Origin: an uncultured Gemmatimonadota bacterium
GTDB lineage: Bacteria > JAAXHH01
DNA length: 64,000 nt
NCBI GenBank assembly: GCA_951812955.1
Contig: OX638340.1
Span: forward strand, 3,040,001-3,104,000
Direction of reading: 5' to 3'
The position numbers were made by a program, and so were the translations under genes. Shown one piece after another: positions 10,965 through 22,642 of the stretch. The notes beneath the pieces were generated by a model. That model saw nothing but the letters and a program-made list of their open reading frames with translations, was not told where the DNA came from and searched no databases. Within the stretch, counting starts at the first letter, position 1. Every line of letters starts with the position of its first letter.

Positions 10965-11789
10965 CTATTTTCGCCGCTTGATGATCAGCGTATCCGATTT
11001 CTTGGTCTTCTTCCGCGTCCGCAGACCCTTGGTCTTCTTTCCCCACGGAGTCACGGGATGCCGTCCACCCGAACTCTTGCCTTCTCCGCCGCCCATGGGG
11101 TGATCCACGGGGTTCTTCGCCACACCGCGGGAATAGCCGCGCCGCCCCAGCCAGCGGGAGCGTCCGGCCTTACCGAGCGTTATGTTCTCGTGATCCGTAT
11201 TGCCTACCTGGCCTATCGTGGCGGAACACGCAACGGGTACCCGCCTGATTTCTCCGGAAGGCAGGCGCAACTGGGCAAAGCCGCCGTCCCGCGACATCAA
11301 CTGGGCGGCTCCACCGGCGGAGCGCACGAGCTGGCCCCCGCGACCCGGCGAAAGTTCGATGTTGTGCAGCATGGTTCCCAGGGGTATGTCCTCCAGCGAC
11401 ATATGGTTGCCGCTCCGGATCTCGGATCGGCTGCCGGACGTGACCGTATGTCCCACCTCCAGGCCATGAGGCGCGAGAATATAGCGTTTCTCGCCGTCCG
11501 CGTAGTACAGCAGCGCGATGCGCGCCGAACGGTTCGGATCGTACTCGATGGCATGTACCCTGGCCGGGATGTCGACCTTGTCGCGCCGGAAGTCGATGAC
11601 CCGGTATCGCCGCTTGTGCCCGCCACCGCGGTGCCGGGCGGTCATGCGTCCCAGGTTGTTCCGGCCGCCCGACTTCTTCAGGGGACGGACCAGGGAGGAC
11701 TCCGGCGTCTCCTTCGTGATCTCCTTGAAGGAGGCTACGGTCTTGAACCGCTGGCCGGGTGTCTTGGGTCTGAATGTACGTACTGCCAT
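10965..11789 (-). CDS. rplB: 50S ribosomal protein L2
   Basis: 274 aa; [25 protein letters not shown]...[19 protein letters not shown]. Confidence 0.95.
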   Translation of the reverse strand: MAVRTFRPKTPGQRFKTVASFKEITKETPESSLVRPLKKSGGRNNLGRMTARHRGGGHKRRYRVIDFRRDKVDIPARVHAIEYDPNRSARIALLYYADGEKRYILAPHGLEVGHTVTSGSRSEIRSGNHMSLEDIPLGTMLHNIELSPGRGGQLVRSAGGAAQLMSRDGGFAQLRLPSGEIRRVPVACSATIGQVGNTDHENITLGKAGRSRWLGRRGYSRGVAKNPVDHPMGGGEGKSSGGRHPVTPWGKKTKGLRTRKKTKKSDTLIIKRRK

Positions 11790-11854
11790 AGCTCGTCTTC
11801 CTCTTCATGCGCCGGCCCGGACACGCGCCAGGCGCGGCCAGGGGGATCGGGTAA

Positions 11855-12148
11855 TCAAGCGCTCGTGTACAGGTCGATCATGTCTCCGTCGGCAAGTTTC
11901 ACGATGGCCTTCTTCCAGTCGGGACGCCGGCCCTCGAAACGGCCGAGACGCTTCACCTTGCCCTTCATGCGAAGCGTACGCACGGACTCGACCCGTACGT
12001 CGAAAATCTCCTCGATGGCCCGTTTGATTTCCAGTTTGTTCACATCCCTGGCCACTTCGAACACGTACTTGTTCTGCTCTTCCTGAAGGACATGGTTCTT
12101 TTCCGTTACCAGGGGCCGCGCCACGATGGCGCGCGGATCTTTCGTCAT
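11855..12148 (-). CDS. rplW: 50S ribosomal protein L23
   Basis: 97 aa; position between rplD and rplB; [27 protein letters not shown]. Confidence 0.9.
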   Translation of the reverse strand: MTKDPRAIVARPLVTEKNHVLQEEQNKYVFEVARDVNKLEIKRAIEEIFDVRVESVRTLRMKGKVKRLGRFEGRRPDWKKAIVKLADGDMIDLYTSA

Positions 12149-12786
12149 GATTTCAACGCCTCCTCTACCTGCTTCAGCCCCTCGCGGGTAAAGATCAGGC
12201 AGTCGCTGCGCAGTATCTCATGCACGTGAGCGTCCGAGGCCACGTTGATGCGTACGTCGGGAATGTTCCGACATGACTTGTACACTGCGTCGTCGTTTCG
12301 GTCCATGAGGACCAGGCACTTCCGGTCGTTCACGTGCATGTTCGAAAGCACGGAAACCATCTGCCGGGTCTTGGGCGCATCGAACTCAAGCGAATCGATT
12401 ACGAGTACCGAACCGCTCTGCGCCCGCGTCGAAAGCACGGACTTCAGCGCGAGCCGGCGCACCTTTTTCGGGATCTCGTAACGGTAACTGCGGGGCGTGG
12501 GCCCGTGAGCCCTCCCACCCCCGATGCGGGTCGGGGACCGTCGGGAGCCCATGCGCGCCCGGCCAAGGCCCTTCTGCCGAAACATCTTCTTGCTGGTATA
12601 GGACACTTCCGACCGGGTTTGCGCGCTGGCCGTTCCCTGGCGCTGGTTGGCACGGTACATTTTCTCAGCTTCATACATGGCGTGGGCGTTGGCGGATATG
12701 CCGAAGACCGATTCTTCAAGATCGATCTGACCCTGTTCCGTCCCGTCGCTGTTGAACAATCTCGCTACCGGCATGATTTCTCCCAC
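12145..12786 (-). CDS. rplD: 50S ribosomal protein L4
   Basis: 213 aa; [31 protein letters not shown]; the true start may be Met5. Confidence 0.9.
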   Translation of the reverse strand: MGEIMPVARLFNSDGTEQGQIDLEESVFGISANAHAMYEAEKMYRANQRQGTASAQTRSEVSYTSKKMFRQKGLGRARMGSRRSPTRIGGGRAHGPTPRSYRYEIPKKVRRLALKSVLSTRAQSGSVLVIDSLEFDAPKTRQMVSVLSNMHVNDRKCLVLMDRNDDAVYKSCRNIPDVRINVASDAHVHEILRSDCLIFTREGLKQVEEALKS

Positions 12787-12815
12787 CTTAGCCTTCCAGG
12801 TCCCGCGCCGAATGC

Positions 12816-13448
12816 TTACCCGGCACGGTTGATCAATACGTATCCGTTCCTGTGGCCCGGGACCGCTCCCTTGACCAGTAGGATGTTTTTCTCGGCGTCC
12901 ACGCCGATTACCTGCAGGTTCCGGACCGTCACGCGCTTGTTGCCCATCCGGCCGCCCATACGGGTTCCCTTGAAAACCTTGGACGGCGTCGCGCTCTGTC
13001 CGATCGATCCCGGATGGCGCACGCGGTCGCTCTGTCCCCGGGTCTTGTCGCCGCCCCGGAAACCATGTCGTTTAACGACGCCCTGGAATCCCCGTCCCTT
13101 GAAATATCCCGTCACGTTCACGAGCTCGCCGGTCTCGAAAATGCCGGCGCCGAACACCTGACCGGTTTCACAGGACTGGACATCGTCCACCGCGACCTCG
13201 CGAACGACCCGCTGCGGATCGACCTTCGCCTTCTTGAAGTGGCCTTTAAGCGGCCCGGTAGTCTGCTTTTCCTTCTTCGGGTCGAATCCGATCTGGGCCG
13301 CCTCGTAGCCGTCCCGTTCCAGCGTCTTTACCTGGGTGACGTAGCACGGCCCTGCTTCGATCACCGTGACAGGTACCGCGTCGCCGTTCTCGGCAAAGAC
13401 CTGGCTCATCCCGATTTTTCTTCCGATCAGTCCGTCGAGACTGCTCAT
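12816..13448 (-). CDS. rplC: 50S ribosomal protein L3
   Basis: 210 aa; MSSLDGLIGRKIGMSQVFAENGDAVPVTVIEAGPCYVTQVKT. Confidence 0.95.
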   Translation of the reverse strand: MSSLDGLIGRKIGMSQVFAENGDAVPVTVIEAGPCYVTQVKTLERDGYEAAQIGFDPKKEKQTTGPLKGHFKKAKVDPQRVVREVAVDDVQSCETGQVFGAGIFETGELVNVTGYFKGRGFQGVVKRHGFRGGDKTRGQSDRVRHPGSIGQSATPSKVFKGTRMGGRMGNKRVTVRNLQVIGVDAEKNILLVKGAVPGHRNGYVLINRAG

Positions 13449-13459
13449 CGTAGAAACTC

Positions 13460-13777
13460 CTACACCCTGATTTCCACGTCCACGCCGGCGGGCAGGTCCA
13501 GCTTCAGGAGCGCGTCCACCGTCTGCTGTGACGTGTCATAGATATCGATAAGCCGCTTGTGCACACGCGTTTCGAACTGTTCCCGTGATTTCTTGTCAAT
13601 AAAGGGAGAGCGCAGGACGGTATATACGGTTCGTTTCGTCGGCAGCGGTATCGGTCCCATGACCCGGGCGCCGGCCCGCTGTGCCGCCTGGGTGATTTCC
13701 CTGGCAGATTTGTCCAGCATGGCGTGGTCGCAGGCCTTCAACCTGATCCTGATCTTCTGATCCGTTTGGTTGGCCAT
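13460..13777 (-). CDS. rpsJ: 30S ribosomal protein S10
   Basis: 105 aa; [20 protein letters not shown]. Only 20 nt downstream of the tuf stop, so the str and S10 operons are fused. Confidence 0.95.
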   Translation of the reverse strand: MANQTDQKIRIRLKACDHAMLDKSAREITQAAQRAGARVMGPIPLPTKRTVYTVLRSPFIDKKSREQFETRVHKRLIDIYDTSQQTVDALLKLDLPAGVDVEIRV

Positions 13778-13793
13778 TGCGGCCTCCTTCTCC

Positions 13794-14988
13794 CCTGTTA
13801 CTCGATGACTTCGATGACGACGCCCGCGCCGACGGTTCTTCCGCCCTCACGAATGGCGAAGCGGAGTTCCCTGTCCATGGCGATGGGCTGCATGAGATTG
13901 ACTTCCATGTCGACGTTGTCCCCTGGCATGACCATTTCCACGCCTGCGGGCAGCGAGACCGACCCGGTCACGTCCGTGGTACGGAAGTAGAACTGGGGCC
14001 TGTAGTTGTTGAAGAAGGGCGTATGCCTTCCGCCTTCCTCCTGCTTGAGGACGTAGACCTGGGCCTTGAACCTGGTATGGGGCGTGATGGACCCGGGCTT
14101 GGCGACGACCTGTCCGCGTTCGAGGTCTTCCTTGTCCACTCCGCGCAGGAGCAGTCCGACGTTGTCGCCCGCCCTGGCGTCGTCGAGGAACTTGCGGAAC
14201 ATCTCGATGTCTGTGACGACGGTCTTGCGTGTGTCCTTGATGCCGATGATCTCGACCTCGTCGTTCTTGTTGATGACGCCGCTCTCTACGCGTCCAGTAC
14301 CGACGGTACCCCTACCCGTAATGGAGAAGACGTCCTCCACGGGCATGAGGAAGGGCCGGTCCTCGTCTCTGACCGGGGTGGGGATATATTCGTCCACGGT
14401 TTCCATGAGCTCGGCGATGGGCGCGGCGGCGTCGGATCCTGCCTCGCCTTCCATGGCCAGCAGGGCGCTCCCCCTGATCACGGGGATGTCGTCACCGGGG
14501 AAATCGTAGGAGGAGAGCAACTCTCTGACCTCGAGCTCGACGAGTTCGAGGAGCTCCTCGTCGTCGACCTGGTCGCACTTGTTCAGGAAGACGACGATGG
14601 CGGGCACGTTGACCTGCCTGGCCAGTAGGATGTGCTCGCGCGTCTGGGGCATGGGCCCGTCGGCGGCGGAGACCACCAGGATGGCGCCGTCCATCTGGGC
14701 CGCTCCGGTGATCATGTTCTTGATGTAATCGGCGTGTCCGGGACAATCCACGTGGGCGTAGTGCCGGTTGGTGGTCTCGTATTCGGCGTGGTGCACGTTG
14801 ATGGTGACGCCGCGCTCCTTCTCCTCGGGGGCGTTGTCGATCTGGTCGTAATCCTGAAACTCGGCCAGACCCTGATCCGCCAGCACCTTGGTGATGGCCG
14901 CCGTCAACGTCGTCTTGCCGTGGTCCACGTGACCGATCGTGCCGATGTTCACGTGGGTCTTGGTACGCTCGAATCTTTCCTTCGACAT
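13794..14988. repeat. about 1195-bp near-identical direct repeat, copy A (tuf CDS + 4 nt)
   Basis: Aligns base-for-base with 29850..31044; identity ends exactly at the ATG and 4 nt past the stop. Confidence 0.9.
13798..14988 (-). CDS. tuf: elongation factor Tu (copy 1, tufA-like position after fusA)
   Basis: 396 aa; [18 protein letters not shown]; G-domain motifs present. Confidence 0.95.
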   Translation of the reverse strand: MSKERFERTKTHVNIGTIGHVDHGKTTLTAAITKVLADQGLAEFQDYDQIDNAPEEKERGVTINVHHAEYETTNRHYAHVDCPGHADYIKNMITGAAQMDGAILVVSAADGPMPQTREHILLARQVNVPAIVVFLNKCDQVDDEELLELVELEVRELLSSYDFPGDDIPVIRGSALLAMEGEAGSDAAAPIAELMETVDEYIPTPVRDEDRPFLMPVEDVFSITGRGTVGTGRVESGVINKNDEVEIIGIKDTRKTVVTDIEMFRKFLDDARAGDNVGLLLRGVDKEDLERGQVVAKPGSITPHTRFKAQVYVLKQEEGGRHTPFFNNYRPQFYFRTTDVTGSVSLPAGVEMVMPGDNVDMEVNLMQPIAMDRELRFAIREGGRTVGAGVVIEVIE

Positions 14989-15015
14989 GCTACAGATCCT
15001 CCAGATAATGAACCG

Positions 15016-17154
15016 TTATGCGCCGCCGCGAATCTTCTCAAGAATCTCTTGTTTGATACTCTCGGGTACTTCCGAATAATGCGCAAACTGCATGGTGGAC
15101 ACGGCCCGTCCCTGCGTGGCTGAACGCAACGACGTCGCGTAACCGAACATCTCGCTCAAGGGAACATTGGCCGCGACGACCTGCGCGTCGGTCCGGGGAA
15201 TGATCCCGCCGATGCGTCCACGCCGCGCGTTCAGATCGCCGACCACGGCGCCCACGTATTCGCTCGGAACCGCCACTTCCACGTCCATGACCGGTTCCAA
15301 CAACGCGGGATTGCCTTTGCGCATGCCGTCCTGGAAGGCCATGGAGGCTGCCACCTTGAAGGCTACTTCGGACGAATCGACTTCATGGTAGGAACCATCG
15401 TAGAGGGTGACCTTGATGCCCTGCACCGTGTACCCGGCGAGCACGCCGTTATGCGCGGCTTCCCGCACGCCGGCCTCGACGGAAGAGATGAACTCCCGCG
15501 GGATGACCCCTCCGACAATGCCGTTCACGAATTCGACGCCGTCCCCTTCCGCCACGGGCTCCATTTCGAGCCATACGTGACCGAACTGACCCCGTCCGCC
15601 CGACTGCCGGACGAAACGCCCTTCACTCTTCACGGCCGTTCCGATGGTTTCCCGGTAGGCGACCTGGGGACGTCCCACGTTCGCTTCCACCCGGAATTCT
15701 CTCAGCATGCGGTCTACCAGGATCTCGAGGTGCAGTTCACCCATGCCTGATATGATCAACTGGCTGGTTTCTTCATCGGTATGTACGCGGAAAGTAGGAT
15801 CTTCTTCGGAGAGTTTCTGGAGGGACTGGCTGAGTTTCTCTTCGTCTGCCCGGGTCTTGGGCTCGACCGCGACGGACATCACCGGTTTGGGGAACTCCAT
15901 TGCCTCGAGGGCGATGGGCCACTCCGGGTCGCACAGTGTGTCGCCCGTCACTACGTCCTTTACGCCTACCAACGCCACGATGTCACCGGCTTCGGCGGCC
16001 TTGAGCTGTTCCCGCTTGTTGGCGTGCATCTGCAGGATCCGGCTGATTCTCTCTCGCCGGTTGGTCCGGGTATTCAGCACGTAACAACCCGCGGGAAGCG
16101 TGCCGGAATAAATCCGGTAGAACGCGAGCTTGCCGACATGGGGATCGGTCATGATCTTGAAGGCCACTCCGGAGAGCGGCGCATCGGGCAGGCTTTCCCG
16201 TGTTTCCGGTTCGCCGGTCAGCGTATTCTTACCCGAGACGGGCGGTACGTCCTGCGGCGAAGGCAGATAATCGACCACCGCGTCGAGCAGCGCCTGGACG
16301 CCCTTGTTGCGGAACGAGGAACCCACGAGGACGGGGATCAGGCTGACGGAAAGCGTGGCCCGGCGAATGGCGGCCTGCAGTTCGGAAACCGTCGGCTCCT
16401 CGCCGGCCAGGTAGATTTCCATCAGTTCCTCGTCCACCTCGGCGAGGCTCTCGATCAATTTGTTCCGGTGCCCGGCGGCATATTCGGCCAGATCGTTCGG
16501 AATATCGTGCTCTTCAAAGGTGGCGCCCATGTTGTCTTCATGGTAGCTGCGCGCCTTCATGGAGACCAGGTCGATGGACCCGGTAAACAGGTCGCCGCTG
16601 CCGATGGGGAGCTGGACCGGGATGGCGTTGGCTCCAAGCCGTTCGTGTATCATGGAGACGACCTGGTGGAAGTCCGCCCCGACGCGGTCGATCTTGTTCA
16701 CGTAGGCTATGCGGGGCACGCCGTACTTGTCGGCCTGCCGCCACACGGTCTCTGACTGCGGCTCGACGCCGCCCACGGCACAAAAAATCGCTACGGAGCC
16801 GTCGAGCACGCGCAGCGATCGTTCTACCTCGACCGTGAAGTCCACGTGGCCGGGTGTGTCGATGATATTGATCCGGTGGTCGCGCCAGAAGGATGTCGTG
16901 GCCGCGGACGTGATCGTAATGCCCCGCTCACGTTCCTGCTCCATCCAGTCCATGGTCGCGGCGCCGTCGTGTACTTCGCCCATCCTGCGCACCCGTCCCG
17001 TATAATAGAGTATACGTTCCGTGGTGGTCGTTTTCCCGGCGTCGATATGAGCCGTGATTCCGATGTTCCTGGTCTTTTCCAGGTTCGATTCGGAAGCGTG
17101 CTTGCTGGATGAAGTGGACATTTTCTCTTTTGGTTTGATCGTTGTTTCAGTCAC
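15016..17154 (-). CDS. fusA: elongation factor G
   Basis: 712 aa; [24 protein letters not shown]. It has an 11-residue N-terminal extension relative to typical EF-G. The first codon is GTG with a GAGGT Shine-Dalgarno 10 nt upstream; alternative ATG at 17121. Confidence 0.9.
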   Translation of the reverse strand: MTETTIKPKEKMSTSSSKHASESNLEKTRNIGITAHIDAGKTTTTERILYYTGRVRRMGEVHDGAATMDWMEQERERGITITSAATTSFWRDHRINIIDTPGHVDFTVEVERSLRVLDGSVAIFCAVGGVEPQSETVWRQADKYGVPRIAYVNKIDRVGADFHQVVSMIHERLGANAIPVQLPIGSGDLFTGSIDLVSMKARSYHEDNMGATFEEHDIPNDLAEYAAGHRNKLIESLAEVDEELMEIYLAGEEPTVSELQAAIRRATLSVSLIPVLVGSSFRNKGVQALLDAVVDYLPSPQDVPPVSGKNTLTGEPETRESLPDAPLSGVAFKIMTDPHVGKLAFYRIYSGTLPAGCYVLNTRTNRRERISRILQMHANKREQLKAAEAGDIVALVGVKDVVTGDTLCDPEWPIALEAMEFPKPVMSVAVEPKTRADEEKLSQSLQKLSEEDPTFRVHTDEETSQLIISGMGELHLEILVDRMLREFRVEANVGRPQVAYRETIGTAVKSEGRFVRQSGGRGQFGHVWLEMEPVAEGDGVEFVNGIVGGVIPREFISSVEAGVREAAHNGVLAGYTVQGIKVTLYDGSYHEVDSSEVAFKVAASMAFQDGMRKGNPALLEPVMDVEVAVPSEYVGAVVGDLNARRGRIGGIIPRTDAQVVAANVPLSEMFGYATSLRSATQGRAVSTMQFAHYSEVPESIKQEILEKIRGGA

Positions 17155-17233
17155 TGCGTTATCTACCTCATAAAGTACGGATCATCGCGAGGGATGATCC
17201 GTTTTACTGTTTCGGACTGCTAGCTATACGCCC

Positions 17234-17704
17234 TTACCACCTGTAATGGGCAAAGGCCCGGTTCGCTTCCGCCATTCTGTAGGTTTCTTCCTTGCGGCGG
17301 ACGGCGGCACCCTCTCCCCTGGCGGCGGCGGTAAACTCTCCCGCCAGGCACTCGAACATGTTTTTTTCCGATCGGGCTCTCGCGGCTTCGATGATCCAGC
17401 GAATCGCCATGGCCCGCTGCTGGTCATCCCGCACTTCCACGGGAACCTGGTAGGTCGAACCACCCACCCGGCGGGATTTGACGTAAACGACGGGGCCGAC
17501 GATCTTGATCGCCTTCTCAAACACGGGCAGCGGTTCCTGGCTCGTTCGTTCTTCGATCAGATCGAGCGCCTGATAGAATACGCGTTCCGCGATGCTCTTC
17601 TTCCCTTTGCGCATCAATCCGTTAATGAACTTGGATACCAGTACGCTGTTGTATTTCCAGTCCGGTTCCGGTTCCCGTCTTACGACTTCTTTCCTTCTTG
17701 CCAT
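17234..17704 (-). CDS. rpsG: 30S ribosomal protein S7
   Basis: 156 aa; MARRKEVVRREPEPDWKYNSVLVSKFINGLMRKGKKSIAERV. Confidence 0.95.
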   Translation of the reverse strand: MARRKEVVRREPEPDWKYNSVLVSKFINGLMRKGKKSIAERVFYQALDLIEERTSQEPLPVFEKAIKIVGPVVYVKSRRVGGSTYQVPVEVRDDQQRAMAIRWIIEAARARSEKNMFECLAGEFTAAARGEGAAVRRKEETYRMAEANRAFAHYRW

Positions 17705-17742
17705 CTTATACTCCAGACCATCCAGCCAGGTTATTCTTCAGC

Positions 17743-18114
17743 CTACTTGGGTTTCTTGGTTCCGTATTTCGACCGGCTGTTGCGCCGGTCGGGCACTCCG
17801 CTGGCATCCAGCGCACCGCGGATGATATGGTACCGCACACCGGGCAGATCCTTGACCCGGCCGCCCCTCACCAGAACGATGTTATGTTCCTGGAGGTTGT
17901 GGCTTTCGCCCGGGATGTAACAGGTGGCTTCGATGCCGTTCATCAGGCGTACGCGGGCGATTTTCCTTAACGCCGAATTCGGTTTCTTGGGCGTCTGCGT
18001 CTTCACCTGCAGGCAGTTGCCCCGTTTTTGGGGACTTCCGCGCAATGCGGGTGATTTCGTCTTTCGCTGCGATTTCTTCCGACCGTGGCGAATAAGTTGA
18101 TTTATCGTGGGCAT
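17743..18114 (-). CDS. rpsL: 30S ribosomal protein S12
   Basis: 123 aa; [14 protein letters not shown]...[10 protein letters not shown]; wild-type residues at the streptomycin-resistance positions. Confidence 0.95.
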   Translation of the reverse strand: MPTINQLIRHGRKKSQRKTKSPALRGSPQKRGNCLQVKTQTPKKPNSALRKIARVRLMNGIEATCYIPGESHNLQEHNIVLVRGGRVKDLPGVRYHIIRGALDASGVPDRRNSRSKYGTKKPK

Positions 18115-18217
18115 TTCCGCCTAACCTTCCCTGTTGCAACGACCCGACAAGCCAGTAACGCGTGGGTTTTCGAGGTCCGTATAAACCGTATTCCCCCCAA
18201 AAAACCATAGGTGAGGA

Positions 18218-18246
18218 AATTTAACCTGTTCCTCTAGTTGTGTCAA
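18218..18246 (-). promoter_or_regulatory. str-operon promoter: -35 TTGACA (18246-18241), 17-nt spacer, -10 TAAATT (18223-18218)
   Basis: Consensus -35 and near-consensus -10 read on the minus strand, about 100 nt upstream of the rpsL ATG and immediately downstream of the rpoC terminator. Confidence 0.55.
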
Positions 18247-18256
18247 GCGTTTTTGG

Positions 18257-18295
18257 AAAAAAACGAGCGTCGCCAGCATCAGCATCCCGGCGACG
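18257..18295 (-). terminator. intrinsic terminator after rpoC
   Basis: Minus-strand CGTCGCC-(14-nt loop)-GGCGACG followed by CTCGTTTTTTTCC, 28 nt after the rpoC stop. Confidence 0.7.
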
Positions 18296-18322
18296 CCCGG
18301 TCATCGCCTTCTCCTGCCCTCG

Positions 18323-21300
18323 TCAGGCTGTTTTTACGGGCGGCGTCTCGGCCTCGGCCACCTTCGGCACGGTTGCGGCCTCCGCATCGCCGTTCACAGA
18401 TTCCGCGTCGAAAAGAGGCTCCACCTCAATGGACGGAGGCTCGATCTCATTGCCCTTTTCGTCAACAAGCCGCATCTGGCCGTACCGGTCGAGTCCGGTA
18501 CCCGCGGGAATCAGGTGCCCCATGATTACGTTTTCCTTCAGGCCGAGGAGCGAGTCTCTCTTGCCCTGAATGGCCGCTTCGGTCAACACGCGTGTCGTTT
18601 CCTGGAAAGCTGCCGCGGAGACGAAACTTTCGGTACTGAGCGCCGCCTTGGCGATACCCAGCAGCAGCGGCTGGTTCGTCGCCGGGTCGCCGCCTTCGCG
18701 CAGCACGCGGTCGTTCTCCGACTGGAATCGGGTACGGTCCACGGCCTCGCCCTTGAGAAACTCCGTGTCGCCCGGGTCGTCCACCTTGACCTTCTGGAGC
18801 ATCTGGCGGACGATGACTTCCACGTGCTTGTCGTTGATGCTCACGCCCTGCATGCGGTATACTTCCTGGATCTGGTTGACCAGGTATTCCTGCACGGCGT
18901 TCACGCCCTGGATTTCGAGAATGTCATGGGGGTCGATCGAACCTTCAGACAGGGGTTCTCCCGCCTGTACCCGGTCGCCGTCCCGCACGCTGAGATGCCG
19001 TCCCTGGGGGATCAGGTACTCCTGTTCCGAACCGTCGTCGGCGCGAACGAGGAGGCGATGGGAACGCCGGACGATGCCGGCGACTTTGACGACGCCGTCC
19101 ACTTTCGCAACCGTGGCCGGATCGCGGGGCCGGCGCGCCTCGAAGAGTTCGGCGACGCGCGGCAGACCGCCGGTGATATCCCGGGTTTTACCAATGGAGC
19201 GCGGTATGCGCGCGAGGACCTCACCGGGCTGCACGTAAGTGCGTTCGGTATTGTTCTGGTCCGTGAACTCCGTGATGAGCAGGTGGGCCCCGGTGGGCAG
19301 GTTGTATTCGTCTTTCATCTTGCCCTCGGCGTCCGCGATATAGATGCGCGGATGGAGCGCCCTCGATCCCCGGTTCTCCGTTATCACCTTCTGACGCATG
19401 CCCGTGGTTTCGTCCAGCTGTTCACGCAGCGTCTCTCCCGCCACGACGTCTTCCAGTTGCACGTGGCCGGCCTGTACCGCAATGATCGGTATGTTGTAGG
19501 GGTTCCACTCGAACAGGGCCTGGTTTTCCTCGACGACCTCTCCATCCTTCGTGAGCATGACCGCTCCATAAGGGATGAAGAAATGGGCCCGACGGTTTCC
19601 GTCGGCGTCGAGGATGGTGATCTCGCCCGCCCGTCCGATGACGACCGGGAGGCCGTTCTCCTGGGTGACGGTCTCGACCGCTGTAAAGACGGCCTTGCCT
19701 GCCTGCTTCGTGGTGATCTTGTTCTGCGTGGCGTCGCGGCTGGCGATTCCGCCGATGTGGAATGTGCGGAGCGTCAGCTGCGTACCCGGTTCGCCGATGC
19801 TCTGGGCCGCCATGACGCCGACGGCCTCGCCCATTTCCACCATGAAGCCCGTGGCGAGGTTCCGGCCGTAACACCGGGCGCAAACGCCGCGCCTGGTCTC
19901 GCAGGTCAGGACGGACCGGATGTGCACAGTTTCGCTCATCTCAGCATCCGGATCGGAAGCGTACTGAACGCCGCCGCGTTGTTCGATGAGGTCGGCGACT
20001 TCCTCGTTGATCTCTTCGCCGGCGGCCGTAAGCAGTTCCCGCGTGATAGGATCGTAGATGTCATCCAGCACGACCCTGCCGAGAACCCGGTCGCCCAGCG
20101 GTTCCATCACGTTTTCGCCTTCTTTCAGGGCGCCGATTTCGATGCCGCGGATCGTGCCGCAGTCCACTTCGTTTATGATCACGTTCTGCGCCACGTCCAC
20201 CAGGCGCCGGGTCAGGTATCCGGCATCCGCGGTCTTGAGGGCCGTGTCGGCGAGCCCCTTGCGGCCGCCGTGGCTGGATGTGAAATACTCGAGTACCGAC
20301 AAACCTTCCTTGAGATTGGACAGGATGGGCGTTTCGATATACTCGCCGATCTGGCCGACGACTTTCCGCTGGGGCTTGGCCATGAGTCCGCGCATGCCGC
20401 ATAACTGCCCCACCTGGTCCAGCTTGCTCCTTGCGCCGGAGGCCATCATCATGTAGAAGGGATTGAAGCCGTCGTCCGAGTCCGCCAGCGTGGTTTCGAC
20501 GGCTTCGTTGAGCTTGGTCCGGGTGTGCTGCCACACGTCGATCACCTTGTTGTACCGCTCGCCCTCGGTGATGGCGTGGCCCTCGTACTGGTCCTGGATA
20601 GACTGCACCTCCGACGCTGCGTCCTGGATCATCTGCGCCTTCTCGTCCGGGATGACCACGTCGTCGATTCCCGATGTCAGGCCGGAAAGGGTCGCGTAGT
20701 GGAATCCCAAGCGCTTGATTTCGTCCAGGAGGACGCACGTGCGGTAATTGCCCAGTTGGCGGTACACGTCGGCCACCATGTTTCGTATGGCCGCGCTGTC
20801 GAATACCTCGTTCTGGAAGCCGATCTCCGGCGGCAGTATCTGGTTGAAGATGACCCGTCCGACGGTCGTCTCGATCATCTTCCCTTCGAGCCGCAGCCTG
20901 ATGATGGCATGAATGTCCACGAGGTCGTTGTCGAAGGCGAGCATCACCTCGGAAACGCTTGCGAACACCTTGCCTTCACCCCGGCAGTCCTTGAGTTCCT
21001 TGGTCAGGTAGTAACATCCCAGGACAATGTCCTTGCTGGGTGAGCAAATCGGTTGCCCGTTTTTCGGATCGAGGATGTTGTTGGAAGACAGCATCAGCAC
21101 CCGCGCTTCGATCTGGGCCTCGAAGGACATGGGGACGTGCACCGGCATCTGATCGCCGTCGAAGTCCGCGTTGAAGGCTTCGCATACCAGGGGGTGGATG
21201 CGGATGGCCTTGCCTTCCACAAGCACCGGCATGAATGCCTGGATACCCAGCCTGTGCAGGGTAGGCGCCCGGTTCAGCAGGACCGGATGGTCCTTGATGA

Positions 21301-22543
21301 TTTCTTCCAGGATGTCCCACACTTCGGGCTCTTCCCGTTCCACGATCTTCTTCGCGCTCTTGACCGTCTGTACGAAGCCCCGGTCTTCCAGCCGCTGGAT
21401 GATGAAGGGCTTGAAGAGTTCCAGGGCGATGTTCTTGGGAAGCCCGCACTGGTGGATCTTGAGCTCGGGTTCCACCACGATCACGGAACGGCCCGAGTAG
21501 TCCACCCGCTTGCCGAGCAGGTTCTGGCGAAACCGCCCCTGCTTGCCCTTGAGCAGATCCGAGAGGGACTTCAGGGACCTGTTCCCGTCGCCCCGGACGG
21601 CCCGCGAACGCCTGCCGTTGTCGAGCAGCGCGTCCACTGCTTCCTGCAGCATCCGCTTCTCATTGCGCAGGATGACGTCCGGCGCGCGGATATCGAGCAG
21701 TTTCTTGAGCCGATTGTTCCGGTTGATGACGCGACGATAAAGGTCGTTGAGATCCGAGGTGGCGAACCTTCCGCCTTCCAGGGGTACCAGCGGTCGCAAG
21801 TCGGGAGGAATGACCGGCAGCACTTCCATGATCATCCATTCGGGCCGGTTGCCGTCGGAGTCCGGTCCGTTGGAGTTCCGGAAAGCCTCGACCACCTTCA
21901 GCCGTTTCAGCGCGTCGTTTTTCCGCTGTACCGACGTTTCCATCCGTACACGGGTCCGCAGTTCGACGGAAAGTTCCTCGATGTCGATCTCGGAGAGCAG
22001 ACGGCGCAGGGCGCCCGCGCCCATGTCCGCCTCGAATTCGTGCCCCGCCTCCTCGAGATCCATGAAGGTGTCCTGGTCGATGATCTCGCCCATCTGGTAG
22101 TCGGTGTCTCCAGGGTCCAGCATGACGTAGGACTCGTAGTAGATCACGCGTTCCAGGTTCCGGATGGAAAGGTTCAGCAGGTTGCCGATACGGCTGGGGG
22201 GCGACTTGAAATACCAGATATGGCATACGGGAACGGCCAGCTCGATGTGCCCGAGCCGTTCACGCCTCACCTTCGCCTGCGTGACTTCCACGCCGCAACG
22301 GTCGCATATGACGCCGCGGTACCGGATCCGCTTGTATTTCCCGCAGTTGCACTCCCAGTCCTTCACGGGACCGAAGGTGCGCTCGCAGAACAAGCCGTCG
22401 CGTTCCGGTTTGAAGGTTCGGTAGTTTATGGTCTCCGGTTTCGTCACTTCCCCGTAGGACCATCTGCGGATCGTTTCGGGGGAGGCCAACTGTATCCGGA
22501 TCGAGGCGCGTTTCTTGGGCTGCTTGTGCATTAGATCGACCAC
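18323..22543 (-). CDS. rpoC: DNA-directed RNA polymerase beta' subunit
   Basis: ORF-track frame reaches 22591 (1422 aa). A GTG at 22543 has a perfect AGGAGG 8 nt upstream and gives an N-terminus ([32 protein letters not shown]) matching the conserved beta' start. The upstream ATG has no RBS. Confidence 0.9.
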   Translation of the reverse strand: MVDLMHKQPKKRASIRIQLASPETIRRWSYGEVTKPETINYRTFKPERDGLFCERTFGPVKDWECNCGKYKRIRYRGVICDRCGVEVTQAKVRRERLGHIELAVPVCHIWYFKSPPSRIGNLLNLSIRNLERVIYYESYVMLDPGDTDYQMGEIIDQDTFMDLEEAGHEFEADMGAGALRRLLSEIDIEELSVELRTRVRMETSVQRKNDALKRLKVVEAFRNSNGPDSDGNRPEWMIMEVLPVIPPDLRPLVPLEGGRFATSDLNDLYRRVINRNNRLKKLLDIRAPDVILRNEKRMLQEAVDALLDNGRRSRAVRGDGNRSLKSLSDLLKGKQGRFRQNLLGKRVDYSGRSVIVVEPELKIHQCGLPKNIALELFKPFIIQRLEDRGFVQTVKSAKKIVEREEPEVWDILEEIIKDHPVLLNRAPTLHRLGIQAFMPVLVEGKAIRIHPLVCEAFNADFDGDQMPVHVPMSFEAQIEARVLMLSSNNILDPKNGQPICSPSKDIVLGCYYLTKELKDCRGEGKVFASVSEVMLAFDNDLVDIHAIIRLRLEGKMIETTVGRVIFNQILPPEIGFQNEVFDSAAIRNMVADVYRQLGNYRTCVLLDEIKRLGFHYATLSGLTSGIDDVVIPDEKAQMIQDAASEVQSIQDQYEGHAITEGERYNKVIDVWQHTRTKLNEAVETTLADSDDGFNPFYMMMASGARSKLDQVGQLCGMRGLMAKPQRKVVGQIGEYIETPILSNLKEGLSVLEYFTSSHGGRKGLADTALKTADAGYLTRRLVDVAQNVIINEVDCGTIRGIEIGALKEGENVMEPLGDRVLGRVVLDDIYDPITRELLTAAGEEINEEVADLIEQRGGVQYASDPDAEMSETVHIRSVLTCETRRGVCARCYGRNLATGFMVEMGEAVGVMAAQSIGEPGTQLTLRTFHIGGIASRDATQNKITTKQAGKAVFTAVETVTQENGLPVVIGRAGEITILDADGNRRAHFFIPYGAVMLTKDGEVVEENQALFEWNPYNIPIIAVQAGHVQLEDVVAGETLREQLDETTGMRQKVITENRGSRALHPRIYIADAEGKMKDEYNLPTGAHLLITEFTDQNNTERTYVQPGEVLARIPRSIGKTRDITGGLPRVAELFEARRPRDPATVAKVDGVVKVAGIVRRSHRLLVRADDGSEQEYLIPQGRHLSVRDGDRVQAGEPLSEGSIDPHDILEIQGVNAVQEYLVNQIQEVYRMQGVSINDKHVEVIVRQMLQKVKVDDPGDTEFLKGEAVDRTRFQSENDRVLREGGDPATNQPLLLGIAKAALSTESFVSAAAFQETTRVLTEAAIQGKRDSLLGLKENVIMGHLIPAGTGLDRYGQMRLVDEKGNEIEPPSIEVEPLFDAESVNGDAEAATVPKVAEAETPPVKTA

Positions 22544-22642
22544 TGGTGACACCTCCTGATCTTTATCGTATCTGCATGCTCGGGTCGGCATGTCGGCGGC
22601 CCGAGTCCTGTCGGGAACTCCATGGGTGAGGTGCTAACCGTT

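Noticed and set aside
13596-13850. ORFs beginning [19 protein letters not shown] at 13596..13850 and 29661..29906
   Set aside because: These are out-of-frame readings of the identical 3' ends of the two tuf copies extending into the flanks, not a gene family.
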